Positions 31,545 through 32,000 of a DNA stretch of 32,000 bases are shown here, one piece after another. The DNA is from Candidatus Saccharimonadota bacterium. Its GTDB lineage: Bacteria; Pseudomonadota; Gammaproteobacteria; Enterobacterales; Enterobacteriaceae. A program made the translations under genes and the position numbers. Location: contig NZ_CP046533.1 of the NCBI RefSeq assembly GCF_014857065.1, positions 1 to 32,000 on the forward strand, written 5' to 3'. The notes under the pieces are model-generated. The model searched no databases. It had not been told where the DNA came from and was given only the letters and a program-made list of their open reading frames with translations. Every line of letters begins with the position of its first letter. Within the stretch, counting starts at the first letter, position 1.

Positions 31545-32000
31545 ATGAAAATTATATCTATAAATGATATTTTACATAAGAAGTTAAATGTTGGTAGTCA
31601 AGTAATAGTGCAAGGATGGGTGCGTACTCGTCGTGATTCAAAAGCTAAAATTTCATTTTTAACTATTTATGATGGTTCTTGTTTTTCTTCATTACAAATA
31701 ATCATTAAAAATACGATATCTAATTATTACACTGATGTTTTAAGTCTTACCTCTGGTTGTTCAGTTCAAATTACCGGCAAAATAGTAAAATCTTTAGGAA
31801 GTAAACAATATTTTGAAATGCAAGCAGTTATAGTTGAAGTATTAGGAAGAGTGAATAATCCAGACACATATCCTATATCTGCAAAACAGCATAGTATGAA
31901 GCATTTAAGAGGGGTAGCTCATTTACGACCACGGACCAATTTAATTGGATCTATAGCACGTATTAGGCATACTTTATTGCAGGCAATGCATCGTTATATG
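31545..32000 (+). CDS. asnS: asparagine--tRNA ligase (5' partial, runs off the window)
   Basis: This ORF is not in the supplied track because it is open at the window end. My translation from the ATG at 31545 is [10 protein letters not shown]...[28 protein letters not shown]...[40 protein letters not shown]. This is collinear with the E. coli AsnS N-terminus ([28 protein letters not shown]...[40 protein letters not shown]). Confidence 0.92.
   Translation, partial: MKIISINDILHKKLNVGSQVIVQGWVRTRRDSKAKISFLTIYDGSCFSSLQIIIKNTISNYYTDVLSLTSGCSVQITGKIVKSLGSKQYFEMQAVIVEVLGRVNNPDTYPISAKQHSMKHLRGVAHLRPRTNLIGSIARIRHTLLQAMHRYM

Overview
This is a very AT-rich chromosomal segment, roughly a quarter to 30% G+C by eye. 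Gene content is Enterobacterales housekeeping and local gene order is E. coli-like. The pattern fits a genome-reduced, host-restricted (insect-endosymbiont-type) gammaproteobacterium; a Blochmannia-like identity is only a guess.

Intact genes, in order:
- manZ, manY, manX (-)
- yoaE (+)
- pabB (-)
- tsaB (+)
- minE, minD, minC (-)
- dsbB (-)
- gapA (-)
- sppA (-)
- xthA (-)
- hns (-)
- tdk (+)
- clsA (-)
- a complete trpE-G-D-C(F)-B-A operon (-)
- ribA (-)
- the 5' part of asnS (+)

The two large stretches with no long ORFs are not empty. Positions 27192-29767 hold a nearly full-length, multiply disrupted pseudogene of topA (DNA topoisomerase I). Positions ~15114-16020 look like a decayed galU.

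The trp operon keeps an E. coli-like promoter and TrpR-operator-like sequence, but it has no Trp-codon leader peptide and no attenuator terminator.

I found no tRNA or rRNA genes, CRISPR arrays, transposases, integrases, phage genes or defence-type gene clusters. I do not see evidence for a novel multi-gene system here. The observations most worth a second look are the gene-decay events (topA, galU), a perfect 32-bp palindrome inside the topA relic, and the remodelled trp control region.

All homology statements come from my own recall of E. coli protein and DNA sequences and need confirmation by BLAST or HMM search.
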